From contig JAAILG010000270.1 of NCBI GenBank assembly GCA_012026655.1, positions 1-64,000 of the forward strand: 64,000 bases of DNA, given 5' to 3'. The notes under the pieces are model-generated. The model did not search any database, was not told the origin of the DNA, and worked only from the letters and a program-made list of their open reading frames with translations. The stretch is from Hydrolagus affinis (Eukaryota). This document shows, one piece after another, positions 49,909-62,929 of this stretch. Made by a program: the position numbers and the translations under genes. Position 1 is the stretch's first letter. Every line of letters starts with the position of its first letter.

Positions 49909-50286
49909 TAATAGAAATCCTTGCATTTGATTCAGCTTATGATCACGTCTTCGAGACGACTCGGAGCTCTTCACAGAATGTGCTGTAAAATGAATTGACT
50001 GTATATTTTATGAGCGGAAAGTGGAAGCCAATTGCGCACAGCAGTCTCCCAGAAACAGTCGTGGATAGAGTGACAAATTATTATTTCTTTTTTTATTGAC
50101 TTTTATTTTTGAAGGGATTTTTACCCTTAGTAAAGCAATCCGCCAATCTACTAACAATCGGGTTCCTATTTACTACTAGGTAATCGAAGGGGTGTGGAGT
50201 TGGGAAACTTGCATTACTTTCCCTGCCCGGGAATTGAACCCAGGTCCTCTCGCTTGTGAAGTGAGTACTCTAACCAATATGCTACA
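49909..50286 (-). mobile_element. tRNA-derived SINE, long variant with an extra domain of about 70 bp
   Basis: Head, body and tail match the main family; extra segment at about 50122-50192. Confidence 0.85.
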
Positions 50287-52694
50287 CGTCAATTCCCTCA
50301 GTTATTTAACCATACTCTCCTAGCACTGTACCATGTGCATTGGCATAAGACTAAGCAGTAGGAATCTTTATTTTTCAGTTTTACGGGTATACTATCTGTG
50401 ACTGGGGTTAAGCTCATCACTGGGTGTGAGAGAAGGCATCAAAAGTCTCATTAATAGCTGTTTTTCTCTCTTATAATAGAACATTGGCATTCGGCAAAGA
50501 CGAATAAATAATAAGCATCATTTTCAGTCATTTCAATGACTGCCTTGACTTTCAAATAGAAGATAAATTATTTACGCACTGACTATTTTAAATATTCTCA
50601 GTCAGTAACACTCCCTCCTCCAAGTGCTACTTAACTTACACTGGAATTAAAGTAGTTTTTAGCACCTGTCTCACTCCATGTCAGTATACTGACCTAACAT
50701 TCTATTTCTTTCAATTGGTAGAAATATGGGTAAATTACTTGAAGAAAGAGATATCGGAACTAACTGTATTAAGATAGGTGTCAATGATCATCCATATAGT
50801 AATAAGACACAAGAAGTTAAATGAGAGAGAATGTATTAAAATACTTCTGGAATAATTTTTTCAAAAGCATCAGTAAAAGTCATAATTTTTCCCATCATAA
50901 TAATTTATATAACACGATTTCCCACCAATGTTACATTTGTGTTTCCCACGTCATTTGGGAAAGAAATCACAAATTACCATATCCGAAATGATAAACCAGC
51001 TTTAAACATTAATAAAACAGAGTTACAATTATAAATCTACAAAGCAAGCAAATAAGGCTTTCATTTTCATTTTGAAATCCTTATTGTTATTTCTGGAATA
51101 TTTTCAATGGTTCTACCATTTTGTATAAAGCTGAAACATTCTAACAAACAATGTAAAGATTTTGCTGAAATGCAGGGAGCTTACAGTGAAAAGCAAATCA
51201 AATGCGGCTTTGATGGCTAAGACGCATAGCTTTCAGATTAATTTTAAAAAGTGAACCAGCTATTCTTTAATGACTACAGCTACAGATTGCCCGCTTTTAA
51301 CAATATTGTTCAAAATAGGTCAACAAACCAGGGAAGTGCAAAGAATTTCTCCACTGTATCTCTAACCTGGAGGAGTTGAGAGGGGGTAAAGATATGTTTT
51401 GAAATGCAGTCGTCTCTATTGACATACAATGTACTATCCATGAATTGCCTGTCGAAACATTTCTGACCATGCACTATCTTCTGTATCAAATTGTTGTGGC
51501 ACATTGAAAAAAAACACCTGCTCACTCTAAGGCGCTGACTCAATCAATGGTTAAGTAACTTTAAGGTTCAGATCCATACAAAGTTATTGATATTTTTACT
51601 GGAAAGCAATCAATGTAGAGGCAGCGTGAAGCATCTGAGCCAGCCTTTTAAATGACAGCTTTTGTGTTGTGGGAAGTAAATTAATTGATTAAATGAATGA
51701 CAAAATTGGAAGTAAAGCATGTAAATCCATTCTTGACTTCACACAGCTATTGGAAAACGTTTTTTTTTCTCTCCAGAAGTGAGAGCTCTGTCCTTTCAGT
51801 TTGATTTGTATGAAATTGTAATGCTTAAACACCCTTTGATGAACGTTAATTTCCAAAATGTGACTGTTTACTAAGTCATTTGGGAATAATAATAGTTTTT
51901 ACAATTCCCAACTTGAATTGGAACTTCTTTAATGATCGATTAGACTTTGTGACTTTTACCTTATTGAGCCTCCAAAAAATCCAACAGGACAACTTTTCAA
52001 AATGATATGTGCTTCATTATTTCACTTTACTTCACTGTGTTGTGACCTGTAGAGTTTGTGCTGAAGATAGACCGATTGCACTCTTTGCTTTTGTCAATAT
52101 TGTCTCCAATAACTAATAACCAAGGCCACTGACAGAACAGATGCGAGTAATTGCAAACAGCTGTAAAGTATTACACATCTTGCTAATCAAAATGACTTTC
52201 TGCTAAATAAACCATGAAAAAAGCTTTTTCACCATCAGTGCGCTGAAGTAGAAATGATACAAGCTGCAAAGAGTCCACCCTGGTAGATTAACAAAGATTG
52301 AATTTTCCTACAGAAATAAGAAACTATGTGTTAGTGCACATCTAAAACTCAAACAGTTTAGAAAAATGGCTCTTCTTCATACACCATCAGTGATGCAATG
52401 ATACAAAAGGTCCATCTGGGTACTGTGTTGTTTAAAAATTATGAGGAGGAACACTCTGGGGGTCCCCAAACCTTGTTTTTTGTCAACCTGCGCCTAATAC
52501 TTTCCCGACTTAGGTAAGCAGGATGTGTCCCTCCAGGGAGAGAGTCTGCATTCCATCCCAACAAATATCACTGAAATTTCCACATATAGGTGAGATGCAC
52601 GGAACTCTCAGTTTGGTTTAGATACACTTAGGATTGACGACGGATTTCTGTGTATGTAAGACACAGTATGTTTCGACCCCCCAAAAGGATTGGT

Positions 52695-52780
52695 TGCAAC
52701 CTTGCAATCTTGCGACATTGCTTTGCAACAAATCGACTGCTGCGTTTGCCTACAAATACAGTTTGCTGCACTTTAGTGAA
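52695..52780 (+). mobile_element. DeuSINE-like 3' fragment
   Basis: TTGCGACATTGCTTTGCAACAAATCGACTGCTGCGTTTGCCTACAAATACAG. Confidence 0.55.
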
Positions 52781-53539
52781 AACTCTGAAACATTGCAAAT
52801 TAATTTTTTCCAATTAACTTTAATGGCGAAGTTGCCTTTCTTGGTTTCCCCACTGGAAGTGTTGGAAATCAATTATACTGGAGAAACCATAGCCTGTTTT
52901 AAAATGTTACAAATTAGGAGATTTGTATCTGCTTCTAACATTCTAATGTTAAATTATACTGGTTTAAAATACTTTAACATTGGACACTATCCAACCAGAC
53001 AATCATAGCAAAAACTCAGTGAGTGAAATAAGAAATAGCTTTGTTTCTTAATCAAAGGGTTTAGTGTCATTGTTTGCTTTAATTAACAAGAGGTGCAAAG
53101 TGCCTTCTTATTGACTCCAAATCGGAGTGTGAGACTATTCTTTATTAGTTACAGTAACCACTGTAATTTAATAAAGACTCAATCTCAGGTCATCTGATTT
53201 TGTATCTACAAGAACGATTCCTAAAAGCTTTTCTTTTAGCAAGGGTTCATCTGCAGTGGACCTGTTAGATGTGGGATGGCATCAGAAAATCTCAGCTGGA
53301 AAATTTCATCGGGTCATAATCGAACTATCACCTTCTCAGAGAATTGATTACCACAGGGTAGCAATGACAGAACTGTGCAGATGCCAACAATTGCCTCCTA
53401 TCAAAGGGTCCGTTCTCTGAGAATCTATAGAGCTGAGTAATTGGGAATACAATACTGTAGTGTAAAGTATTGTAACACAGGGAAAATAGATGAATGGGTT
53501 AACCTTTTTTGTTATCTATTATGATAATGAAATACAGTA

Positions 53540-53992
53540 ATACAAATCCTTGAATTTTACATCATAACATCTTAATCACTTCACAAGATTTCCTGTATAA
53601 TTGTAAGCGAACGCAGAAGCCAATTTGCACACAGCAATGTCCCACAAAAAAGGAAATTTGGTGTTTGGGGATTGGCCAGAACACCAGGATAAACTCTCTT
53701 TTTTGGGGGTATCTTCAACCTTTATCCGAACACTTGGTTTAGTGTTTAATCCAAATGCCAACTTCTCTGCCAACGCAAACCTCCCCACCACTGCATTTGA
53801 GTGTCAGCCTAAATTAGGAGCTCATTGGGGATGGAAATTGCTCTTTCATAGAGCCAGCACAGACCCAATTGCCCGTATGGCCTTATGTGCTACAAGTTTC
53901 TATGATGTCATTTACATTAGGTTCATTACCTAAATTAGGATCTTGAACTCACAACCATATGAGTCAAGAAGTGAAAACGCTAACTGAATTAA
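53540..53992 (-). mobile_element. DeuSINE-like element interrupted by a plus-strand CR1 tail (about 53828-53907)
   Basis: GCCAATTTGCACACAGCAATGTCCCACAAA...GGCCAGAACACCAGG...GAGTGTCAGCCTAAATT, then GAGCCAGCACAGAC...TTTCTATGAT (CR1), then CTTGAACTCACAACC (antisense B-box). Confidence 0.7.
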
Positions 53993-54109
53993 ACCGTATT
54001 CACATTTAGAGTGTCCACAATCTAATCTGACTGCGTGCTCTGGAACCCAGCTTTGAAAGAACTGTTACATTTTTTTGAAAGAAAAACTTTACCCATGAAA
54101 GATGATAGC

Positions 54110-54272
54110 AGAATCAAAAACAAAAGTTGCTGGGGAAACTCAGCAGGTCAAGCAGCATCCATGGAGAGGGGAAAAAGAGTCAACGTTTCGGGTCTACAAC
54201 CCTTCGTCAGAACTGGGGCTTGTTTGGAGGGAGAGGTTTTTAAAGATGTTAGAGGGGGAGAGATAGAACATG
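54110..54272 (-). mobile_element. Penelope-like pLTR fragment
   Basis: Reverse complement closely matches 14155-14318. Confidence 0.88.
54177..54218 (-). ncRNA. Putative minimal type I hammerhead ribozyme (Penelope-associated)
   Basis: 5'-CCCCAGUU CUGACGA A GGGU-UGUAG-ACCC GAAA CGUU GACUC-3': CUGANGA and GAAA core intact, 4-bp stem II, AGUU/GACU stem I, palindromic AACGUU in place of stem III. Expression and activity not shown. Confidence 0.65.
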
Positions 54273-54779
54273 GAATGATACATTGAAGATGATAGCAGTA
54301 TTGTCTTCAGAATTAGGCTGTGATATTGTGCTACACTGTAAGATATACCAAGCCAATGTCACTGTGTGAAGAGCCTTTAATAAAGTATTTGGCTGTCAGC
54401 TGGCTGTCACTACCCAAGACAAGGATACCAGCATCCCTCCACCAACCTTGTGCCTTTTCAGTCATAATATTTATGAAGAAAGAAAGTGAAACACAGGCAG
54501 ATCTGACCCTCATCTCAAGGTAGAAAGCTCTGCTATTCATTTGGGAAAATGTGCAATTCCATTTTTTTTTAAACCTTGTTCAGTAGTGCTGGGTTTTTTT
54601 GGGAAAAATCCCAGTTGCTCAGATTCATCAGTAAGATGATTGTTTGCAGGATTGCAGTGAGCTAGGAGGTGCAGTGAGCTGTCTAGCAAAGTGGGATTGA
54701 ACACATAGAGGGAGACAAGATGGCCTAAAACATTGGTGACTTTATAAATCAGATTTCCATTGGAGATATTGCCCCTCTC

Positions 54780-55100
54780 AACCTGTCTGCTTGCTCCATT
54801 CAGTAGCCTCTCGGCTGCTCCATGTCTACCATCAGTGGCCAGGCTTTCAGCCTCTCTGCCCCCATGCTTTGGATCTCCATTCCACAATCCCTTCTCCTTG
54901 CACTGTTCCATGTCTCCTTCAGGGCCAGTCTGAAGACTCTCATTTTCGACCATGCCTTCAACCACCATCCTACCATGCTGCTCTCCCTGATCCCAACCCT
55001 GCCCACCCCCCCCATACTGGGGTCCTGACCCCTGATCATTCAGCGCCTTGGGTCGTCCAACGTGAAAGGTGCTCTACAAATGTAATTTTGTTGATGTTGT
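54780..55100 (+). mobile_element. L2 LINE 3' fragment
   Basis: STISGQAFSLSAPMLWISIPQSL...SFRASLKTLIFDHAF, then C-rich UTR and GTGAAAGGTGCTCTACAAATGTAATTTTGTTG tail. Confidence 0.9.
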
Positions 55101-55485
55101 GGGAGATGAATAGACACTATGAATGGTTATATTTTTCTAGTCAGCACATGTGGATTCACGTTTTTCAGCAAAATGTTATGTGAAAGTGGATGAGTGTGAG
55201 TGAGTGTATGAGAGGGGTGGGGGGTACTATAATTCCATAATATTTAAATTGCTGAAAAGCAAAATGAATGCCATTTAAATAACATGAATATATTAAATAC
55301 AAAATGTATTTACTTTTGCCTACACAATCTGTCACTTCACTTGACAGTAATTGTGAAATGCTCAGATGTTAATGTTATTTCTTTGTTTATTTCAATGAGA
55401 CATTTTTTCTTTGTACAGTATTTTGCTTTTTGAAGGTGGAACTGTTGAATGTTCCAGCTCTGGCCAAATAATACATATCAATATA

Positions 55486-55560
55486 CAATCAGTCCTCACT
55501 TAACATTGTAGTTGTGTTAAGCGAAACAATGTTAAGCGAACACATTTTTAGCGTAAGAAT
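55486..55560. mobile_element. Tigger-like MITE single end
   Basis: TA-CAATCAGTCCTCACTTAAC followed by repeated GTTAAGCGAA; resembles Tigger-type TIR CAGTCAGTCCTCGCTTAAC; second end not seen. Confidence 0.45.
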
Positions 55561-55563
55561 TAA

Positions 55564-55704
55564 TCCAATCGATTAACAACCTACTTACTGCTAAGAAAAC
55601 AGAGGCATGTGGAGTAAGGAAACTTGCCCAACATTTTGTCCTGCCGAGAATCGAACCCAGGTCTCTCGCTTACGAATGCTCTAACCACTGAGCTACAGAA
55701 CTCC
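55564..55704 (-). mobile_element. tRNA-SINE 5' part, long variant
   Basis: Antisense head CCACTGAGCTACAGAACTCC; CCAATCGATTAACAAC-CTACTTACTGCTAAG matches the extra domain at about 50143-50180. Confidence 0.8.
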
Positions 55705-56220
55705 ACTGAGCGACTGACTTTGGACAATAAATCATGGCTTGGTCTGTGTGGGGATGGGAGGTGAATAACAAAGAAGCAAGAATGCCTGAATGATATTGAA
55801 AAGCCAATGCAAGTAGCCAAGTTTAAATGTAGTGTATTCAAGTGAAAGAACTCAGAAATCACAAAGGACCATTGTTTGTACACAAAGTATCTTGCATCTT
55901 TGCATAAAATCCACCAAAATGGCAATCTATCATTTCTCGTTGCAACATATATTAAAATGAAATCTACAATCTCCCAATGTTCAACCCCTGCTTCTGCACA
56001 TTTGAAACTGAGTTGAAATAAAACCACACAATTCAATCCTTAACTGTTCAGCAGAAGTTCTGGTGTCATGCAGTATTTTGTTTAGGTTTTGTTGACGTGT
56101 TGAACTAAGGTGATGTTATGATCTTACTCTACATTAAGTATATAATGGTTTGCTATAAAATCGCTTGCTCTTCTTTCTAATTGTGTTGCACTAGATTGTG
56201 TCCCACAGGTGACTCGACTT

Positions 56221-56291
56221 CAGTGCCTTGGGACGTCCTCCCGGCGTGAAAGGCGCTCTATAAATGTAATTTTATTGTTCTTCTTGTTGTC
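56221..56291 (+). mobile_element. L2 3' tail fragment
   Basis: CAGTGCCTTGGGACGTCCTCCCGGCGTGAAAGGCGCTCTATAAATGTAATTTTATTGTT. Confidence 0.85.
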
Positions 56292-56370
56292 GACTTGAAA
56301 TAAATCTTATCGCAAAAGAAAATAGACAACTTTCTGCTCAATAGCAAGAGCAACAAAGCATTTTGATATT

Positions 56371-56470
56371 NNNNNNNNNNNNNNNNNNNNNNNNNNNNNN
56401 NNNNNNNNNNNNNNNNNNNNNNNNNNNNNNNNNNNNNNNNNNNNNNNNNNNNNNNNNNNNNNNNNNNNNN
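56371..56470. other. Assembly gap (100 N)
   Basis: Run of N. Confidence 1.
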
Positions 56471-57905
56471 CCCACCCCCCCAGCTAGACCTTTATTCTAT
56501 GTTACAAGCTAAATTAAGATTAGCTTCTCTCATCCTTTCAGGTTTACTTCATGTGGCTCCTGACTCACACATCAACAACAACTTGCATTCACGTAGCGCA
56601 TTCACATGGGGCAACATAACTCTCCACATGTACTTTTTATAGCATCTCTGCTCTTCATCTACATTGCCTGGAAGAATTAAAACCCTTTCAATTCTTAAAA
56701 CCAAGTAGCATGAGAGCATTTTATTGCAAAGCAGTGGTTCAGTACAATATGAAAAACGAAAATGTAAATTACCAGCAAGACGAGAACCAGTTTTCCTTGG
56801 TTCCAAATCCAACTAGGTATGAAGAGACGACATATAAATATTCATTGTGTGGCACATCTCATAGGGGAATAAAAACAAACGTTCGATATGCATCCAATAT
56901 CACATGCCCCCACCCCCACACAAACCCCCCACCAAAAAATGCCAACTATATCAACGCACAAAATAAAAAAAATGAAAGCCACAGTGTGAGCAAAGTTATA
57001 TTCGGTTTGATTTTTTTTGAAAGAAAAATATTGTTGCTCTGCTATGGGTTAAGATTTATGAAAGCAGCACTGAGTACCTATATATAAATTTTCAAACAAG
57101 TAATGGGCTCCTTCAAAAGGTGGCATCTAAAATACAATGTTTACCACATGCTTATATGTTCCTTATTATTTCTAATTTACACCGGTGGAAATCCTTGTAC
57201 AGTTCATCGTAAGTAGTACAAGCAAATGCAAAAAATCATACACATGACATCCTCATTCTTCTTCGAAAAACGCACAACTACTAACCTACGGATCGTCTAC
57301 ACCAGAGGATTAATTAATTGATAAATTAGATATCATCCATTGATGCTATGGCATTTATTTTTCATCTATTGTCTATTTCTATTCTATTTCTATTCTTTGG
57401 GGGATTTATCATCAAAGTATTTCGGCAAGGAAATAGAACTGCACTGGATCCCTGTGTTACATTCACCCTCTTCTCACATGACCCAGTTGCGGAAGCGACG
57501 TGACATTGCTAAATGCCAAAATCAGATGCTAATGCATGCTAATTCTGCTGCTACCATATTTACAAATGATTGCAGCTGAACTGATTGCAAATGAGTTGCC
57601 AAAATGATCTGAGAAGAGGAAAATAAAAGATGCCAGTGAAACGTCACCGAGATGGAAATTGATGCATAAAGCAATGAAAATAGACCATCACTGTCAATAT
57701 CCTAAAAGATGCTTATGCTAATTCACTTCATTCAACTGTAGGCTAATTGGTTCTGCTTATGCATGTGCCATTGGTGTTTCACACACTATTAGATCTTAGG
57801 ATGTGTGAGTAACCAGCATTTTTTGTGACTAGTATTTCTCCAGTCAAATCATCGCACATGATTTTAAACAACCTCATGTTATTAGCAATCTCCTAGAACC
57901 ATATA

Positions 57906-58216
57906 TAATAATATAATCTTTGCATTTGATATAGTGCTTTCTGTGTCTTCTAGATGTCTCAAAGCGCTTCACAGAATATACTGTAAAATGCATTGACTGC
58001 ATATTTGTGGGCAAAATGTGGCAGCCAATTGCAGACAGCAGCGTCCCACAATCAGTTGTGGATTGAAAAGACCAATTTATTATTGTTTTTTTCTTGAGGG
58101 ATCATTATCCGACATGTGAAGTAAGGAAACGTGGCCAAAGTTTTGCCCTGGCTGGATTCGAACCCAGGTCTCTTGCTTGTAAGGTGAGCGCTCTAACCAC
58201 TGAGCTGCAGGACTCC
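57906..58216 (-). mobile_element. Full-length tRNA-derived SINE (main family)
   Basis: Reverse complement matches 24366-24682; ends CCACTGAGCTGCAGGACTCC. Confidence 0.93.
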
Positions 58217-58448
58217 ACAATATATACTCATCAGCGGACACATGTACTCATCAGTGGACAGAAATTTAACACTGAGTATTTCCAATCTCTCTTCCATCAC
58301 ATATCAACAGATGGCACACTGACAAAACAATGTGGATCATCACCAAACTCACTCAAATCTACCGCAGCACAAAAATATATTGTACAATAACATTACCATC
58401 CTGTATGTGAGAAGTATCAAAACCTGGAAATAAAAACCTTGCAGTTCC

Positions 58449-58628
58449 ACTCCCCCAGTGGCTCATTGAAAAATCCATGTTTTGGTGGGAAACCAATGGA
58501 TACAAACCTAGCAGATGAAAGATCAATTTCAGCTTTCTACTTGATCAGCTAATCTAATATTAACAATCCTTAACAATCCCGGGCTGGGGAGAGGAAACAC
58601 AAAGAGAGCAGGATTTCCATCCTGATGG
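58449..58628 (+). mobile_element. AmnSINE2-like degraded fragment
   Basis: CCCCAGTGGCTCA...GATCAGCTAATCT...GGGCTGGGGAGAGGAAA...CAGGATTTCCATCCTGAT. Confidence 0.45.
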
Positions 58629-59327
58629 AATGTGGAAAAATCCACTAACCTGTGAACCACAGACCACGCTCAGCTATGGTGCCACTCACAGAAACCCGCC
58701 ATTTTTTTCTTTACCAGACTCATCCCAACAGAAATGGCTGCTGCTCATCATTTCATCTGCTGTTCTCCTACCTCGTCAGCGAATGGTGCCCACTAAAGAC
58801 ATAATACAATCATAATAAGCAAAAGGAAATTACATGTGTCATCAACAAAATACCAATCAACAGGGAATGAATAAAGAGAGCAAGCACACTGCTGGAAGCA
58901 ATTGTTGGCAACTCCATTGTGACTCTGCTCATAAGATATCATGCCCTGGCGACCCACTGAAGTCCCACTGAACAAGCTGTATTGATAAAATCAGAATTTT
59001 TGAACTAACAAATAAGTCTGATTATTGGTACGGTATATTAAATGTTGTTGATTATTTCAATACTGTATAAATAGTTTGGGAATGATTATTTCAGGGGTTA
59101 GTGAAAATCTTGAGTATGGAATTTAAATGAAGATCGAGGCATACAAGAAGAGCGTTCCAGAGTTCAACATGTGGAAAGCCATTTTATGTTTCAAAAGCAG
59201 ATGTACCTGTGACCCTACATATGGAAATTACCCATTCTTTTTCGGATGGACCTCTTCTTCTGCTCCTCCAAGTTCTGGCTGATTGATAGCCAATGTGCCA
59301 AGCTAGCTTGTCTACCTACCTAACTGT

Positions 59328-59424
59328 ACAGCGCCTTAGGACGTCCTCACGCTGTGAAAGGCACTATATAAATGTAAGGGTTGGTTGGTTGGTTGGTTGG
59401 TTGTTGGTTGGTTGGTTGGTTGGT
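59328..59424 (+). mobile_element. L2 3' tail ending in a (GGTT)n microsatellite (59379-59424)
   Basis: CAGCGCCTTAGGACGTCCTCACGCTGTGAAAGGCACTATATAAATGTAA followed by about 11 GGTT units with one interruption. Confidence 0.88.
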
Positions 59425-62400
59425 CTGTCACTACAAGTGCATTGAACTACTGTGTAGCAGGCTGGCTCAGGAACTGGAATACCCAATGGCATACTGACTG
59501 AATTGCTATATTCCATTGCTAGACAAAGCACCTTGGAACCAGCTCAGTCCCAAGGAGACCCTGCTTCCTAATTGCACATCATATGAGTTTAGCACAAGAG
59601 GACAAACTATAAATAAAATCACTGCTTCAGCTAGACAAACATTTAAAACAGATTTTATTCAAACCTCACTGAGTATATTTTGAGTCTTAATTAACAATAT
59701 GAGTTTTAACCTTCCAGGTTTAAGTTGACTAGAATATCTGGGGGGAAATTGATATAAAATGATTTGATAAGGGTGACAGCTTTTCACATTTGAAAACCAT
59801 GTATTTTTTTCCATAGAAAGTCTTGATCAGAAGCTTAATGCAACACATCCCCAAAACAATCTTGTGTTATATGCTTGTCACGACATGCATAACTTAGCAT
59901 GGACACAAGATCACACAGACTTTGAACATCATTTCCACACACTGTGGGAGATTAAATAGCCCACACTTGGACAAGGCCAGGAGAAGCTAGGTCTCTTGTG
60001 TATTAATAACAACAGAACTCTAGGCTGCTTCCATAATCTCACTCCTCAAAATGGATATGTTTCCAAACGCATTACTAAATATCATAAAATAAAACTGTGG
60101 TCAGTTTTAATATGAGAATGACATTTGCCAACAATAAAGCTGGGTTTTATTACACCAAAAGAATTCAAAGCTACTTAACAATTAACATAATATTAAATTG
60201 ATGTATTTTCGGGTTACAATCAAAGCTGCTGGGAAAAAGAGAAATGATATAACAAAAGATATATAAAAATGTCAACCACGTTATGATGGGGCTGGGGGGG
60301 AAAGTGATTTCATTACAGGAGACATAAAACCAGGAAAAAAAAATGCATTGTTTGAATAGTGGAGGGTAAGCATCGCCCATACTAACTGCTACTTACGACA
60401 TACTCATCTCACAGATCCCAGCAAAGGTTCCCAACCTTATCCCACCCTAAAAAATTTCAGTTATTGATAATAAAATTAGAAATGGCATGGATACTTTATG
60501 ATATGTATTATGAAAGGTCTTTCGTTTATATTATTTCTGTTAAAATGACAGTTCTAATTGGATGCAGACACCAATAAAAGGGAATATTCTACTTGTCAAG
60601 GGTTCATAACGCAAATCGCAGAGGCCACAAAAACTGAAGTGTATCAAAGCAAAGTAGCTACTCGCTGCCAGAGATGATTCTGACAAATGAAAAAGATCCA
60701 TAATATTTCTGCATTATATGATGCAAGATTATAACACTGAGTGTGTTGATGAAGTTCAAATTGAAGCAGCATTGAACAAGAAAGAATGTACATCATGGGG
60801 AAGTCAGATGTTCTGTGGCACAAGGAAAAGCCACAATGGAAGAACATTCACTTCTGTGGTAAACTCTGGTCATACCCAGATTCCAGGTTCATTAGTACCA
60901 TTAGATTCTTTTTTGTTATATAAATGACAGATTTATATACTTACCCCCAATAAAATCACTTAATTTCCTCAATCATGAAGGCAGCTTATGAATATTGACG
61001 AGCTGATACTAAATTATGTATAGGAACCGGAAGTTTTAAATTGCCATCACCTTTGGGCTCACCAGCAGCAGAAAAGAATCTAGACACAAAGGAGTCAATA
61101 AGCAATTCTGCTGCCTTCATCGCTATTATACCTTCAGCCTTAGAACCCTCTTTCTAACAATCATCGGGTGTTGGTGATTATTATAGTAAAACTGCATGTG
61201 ATGATGTTCTAATATACAATCTGAAGGAGGTAATTATATAGTATTAGTCAACTACCATTTAGCACAATAACCTCGGAAGCCTTAGCCTGCGTTGAGATTG
61301 GCCTATGAATACATATTACATAATAATATATAATCCCACCATAATATACACGGTGCTCTGAGCATTCCAGTGAAACACAATCGAGTACTTGTCAGGAATC
61401 TTTCCCTTCCAGCCATAAAACAAAATCACAGTTTCACTTTCTCGGGCTCTTGTTACCAGCTCATTGCCAAATGGAAGAAACCTGGTGACGATAATGGAAA
61501 TTGGCAAAAGGAATGGAAACAACCTTAACACGAAAGAGAGTGAGTGGGGGAAACAATAAAAACGATTTAAAATATAAGGTAAAGTCTTGTGAGGCATAAC
61601 AGACTGCTGCCATCTTTTATTTTGTGGCATGTTTTGCAAACTTTTATGTTTTTTTTTACTTTATGCATATATTAGATTTGCTTGTCTAGACACCAGTTTA
61701 TGCTTCTTGAATGTTTTATAAATGTATATGAACAATGCATTGTTTTGTTTGCCTATTTATATGAAAAGATTAAAGGAAATGCATTCTAAATCAACTGACT
61801 GGGGAAAACGAAATCATTGTAGCTCTCTTTGAAGCTTGTTAGTAGTAATAATAAATGAGCTGCCAGCTGACAACTAAAACATAATCCTCTTTAATGCTGT
61901 CATAGAAAATAACTGGTAAGCATGGCAAATTTGTGGTAATATGTGAAAAGCAGATCCAGGGTCAGCTACTTCAGTCTTGTAAAAATACAGTAGAATTGCT
62001 AGTCGTATGAATAATTTAAAGGACACGAAATTCCAATAAATACAAAGTTATTTGCTGCAAAATTAAATGCTTATTGGTCTGTTTCTGCAGATGACCTGGT
62101 TTGAGGCAATGAACAATTAAATCCATGTGTTGCATTAAATCCATAGAATTATGATTAAAATATAAGCCTTATTTACAAGCCCATAACCCCCTTTCAGCCA
62201 AAATAATTTAAACATTATGCAGCTGTTTGTTAATCTGTAATAATTCTGCATCAAAAGTAACACCAAGAAAGTAAAGTGAAATAGTGTCCAGATATTTCAC
62301 AAGAATTAATTTTCAGTCTGATCATTAACTACGTATTATTTTGCAATGGAAAATGTAACTAAATATAATGATGAGAATTAAAGAAAAGAATTAAATATGT

Positions 62401-62929
62401 GCTTTCTTCCTTTTGGTTTTTTTAAACTGAAGCCTTTGGGCAAGTACAGACATTTGCATTGGTACATCATCACGTTTCTCCATAGAGACGTAAAGCAGAG
62501 ATATAATCGTGCACACACTAATTACATTAGCATTGTGCCCTCTTTAATACAGAACTACTAACCGATACTTAGCTTGTAAAATTACAAATGTGTCCAGAAA
62601 CCTGACGTTTTCGTTTTTTTTAAAACTGGAACTTGTTTTACTTTGAATATACAGGAGAATTACCAAAGTGATCATCAACAATGTCATCATTTCAGAAGCT
62701 AACTGGCGCTCTACTGCATGCAACTAACCAGTGTTTATTTACAGGTTTGACAGACATTTTGTTTATATTCATTTCTTAAAAAGCTTTCAATTTGATGTGT
62801 AAATAAAGAAAAACAGAGTTCTTCTTGGAAAAACACAACCAAACAAACAATTCTCGCCATTTTCTGTTTCATAACATTTTGTAACATTTACAATAAGATT
62901 ATATGTGAATCCTGAAGAATTTTCTGTTC

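Noticed and set aside
58225-58260. Duplicated TACTCATCAG(C/T)GGACA
   Set aside because: Ordinary 20-bp slippage duplication next to a SINE.
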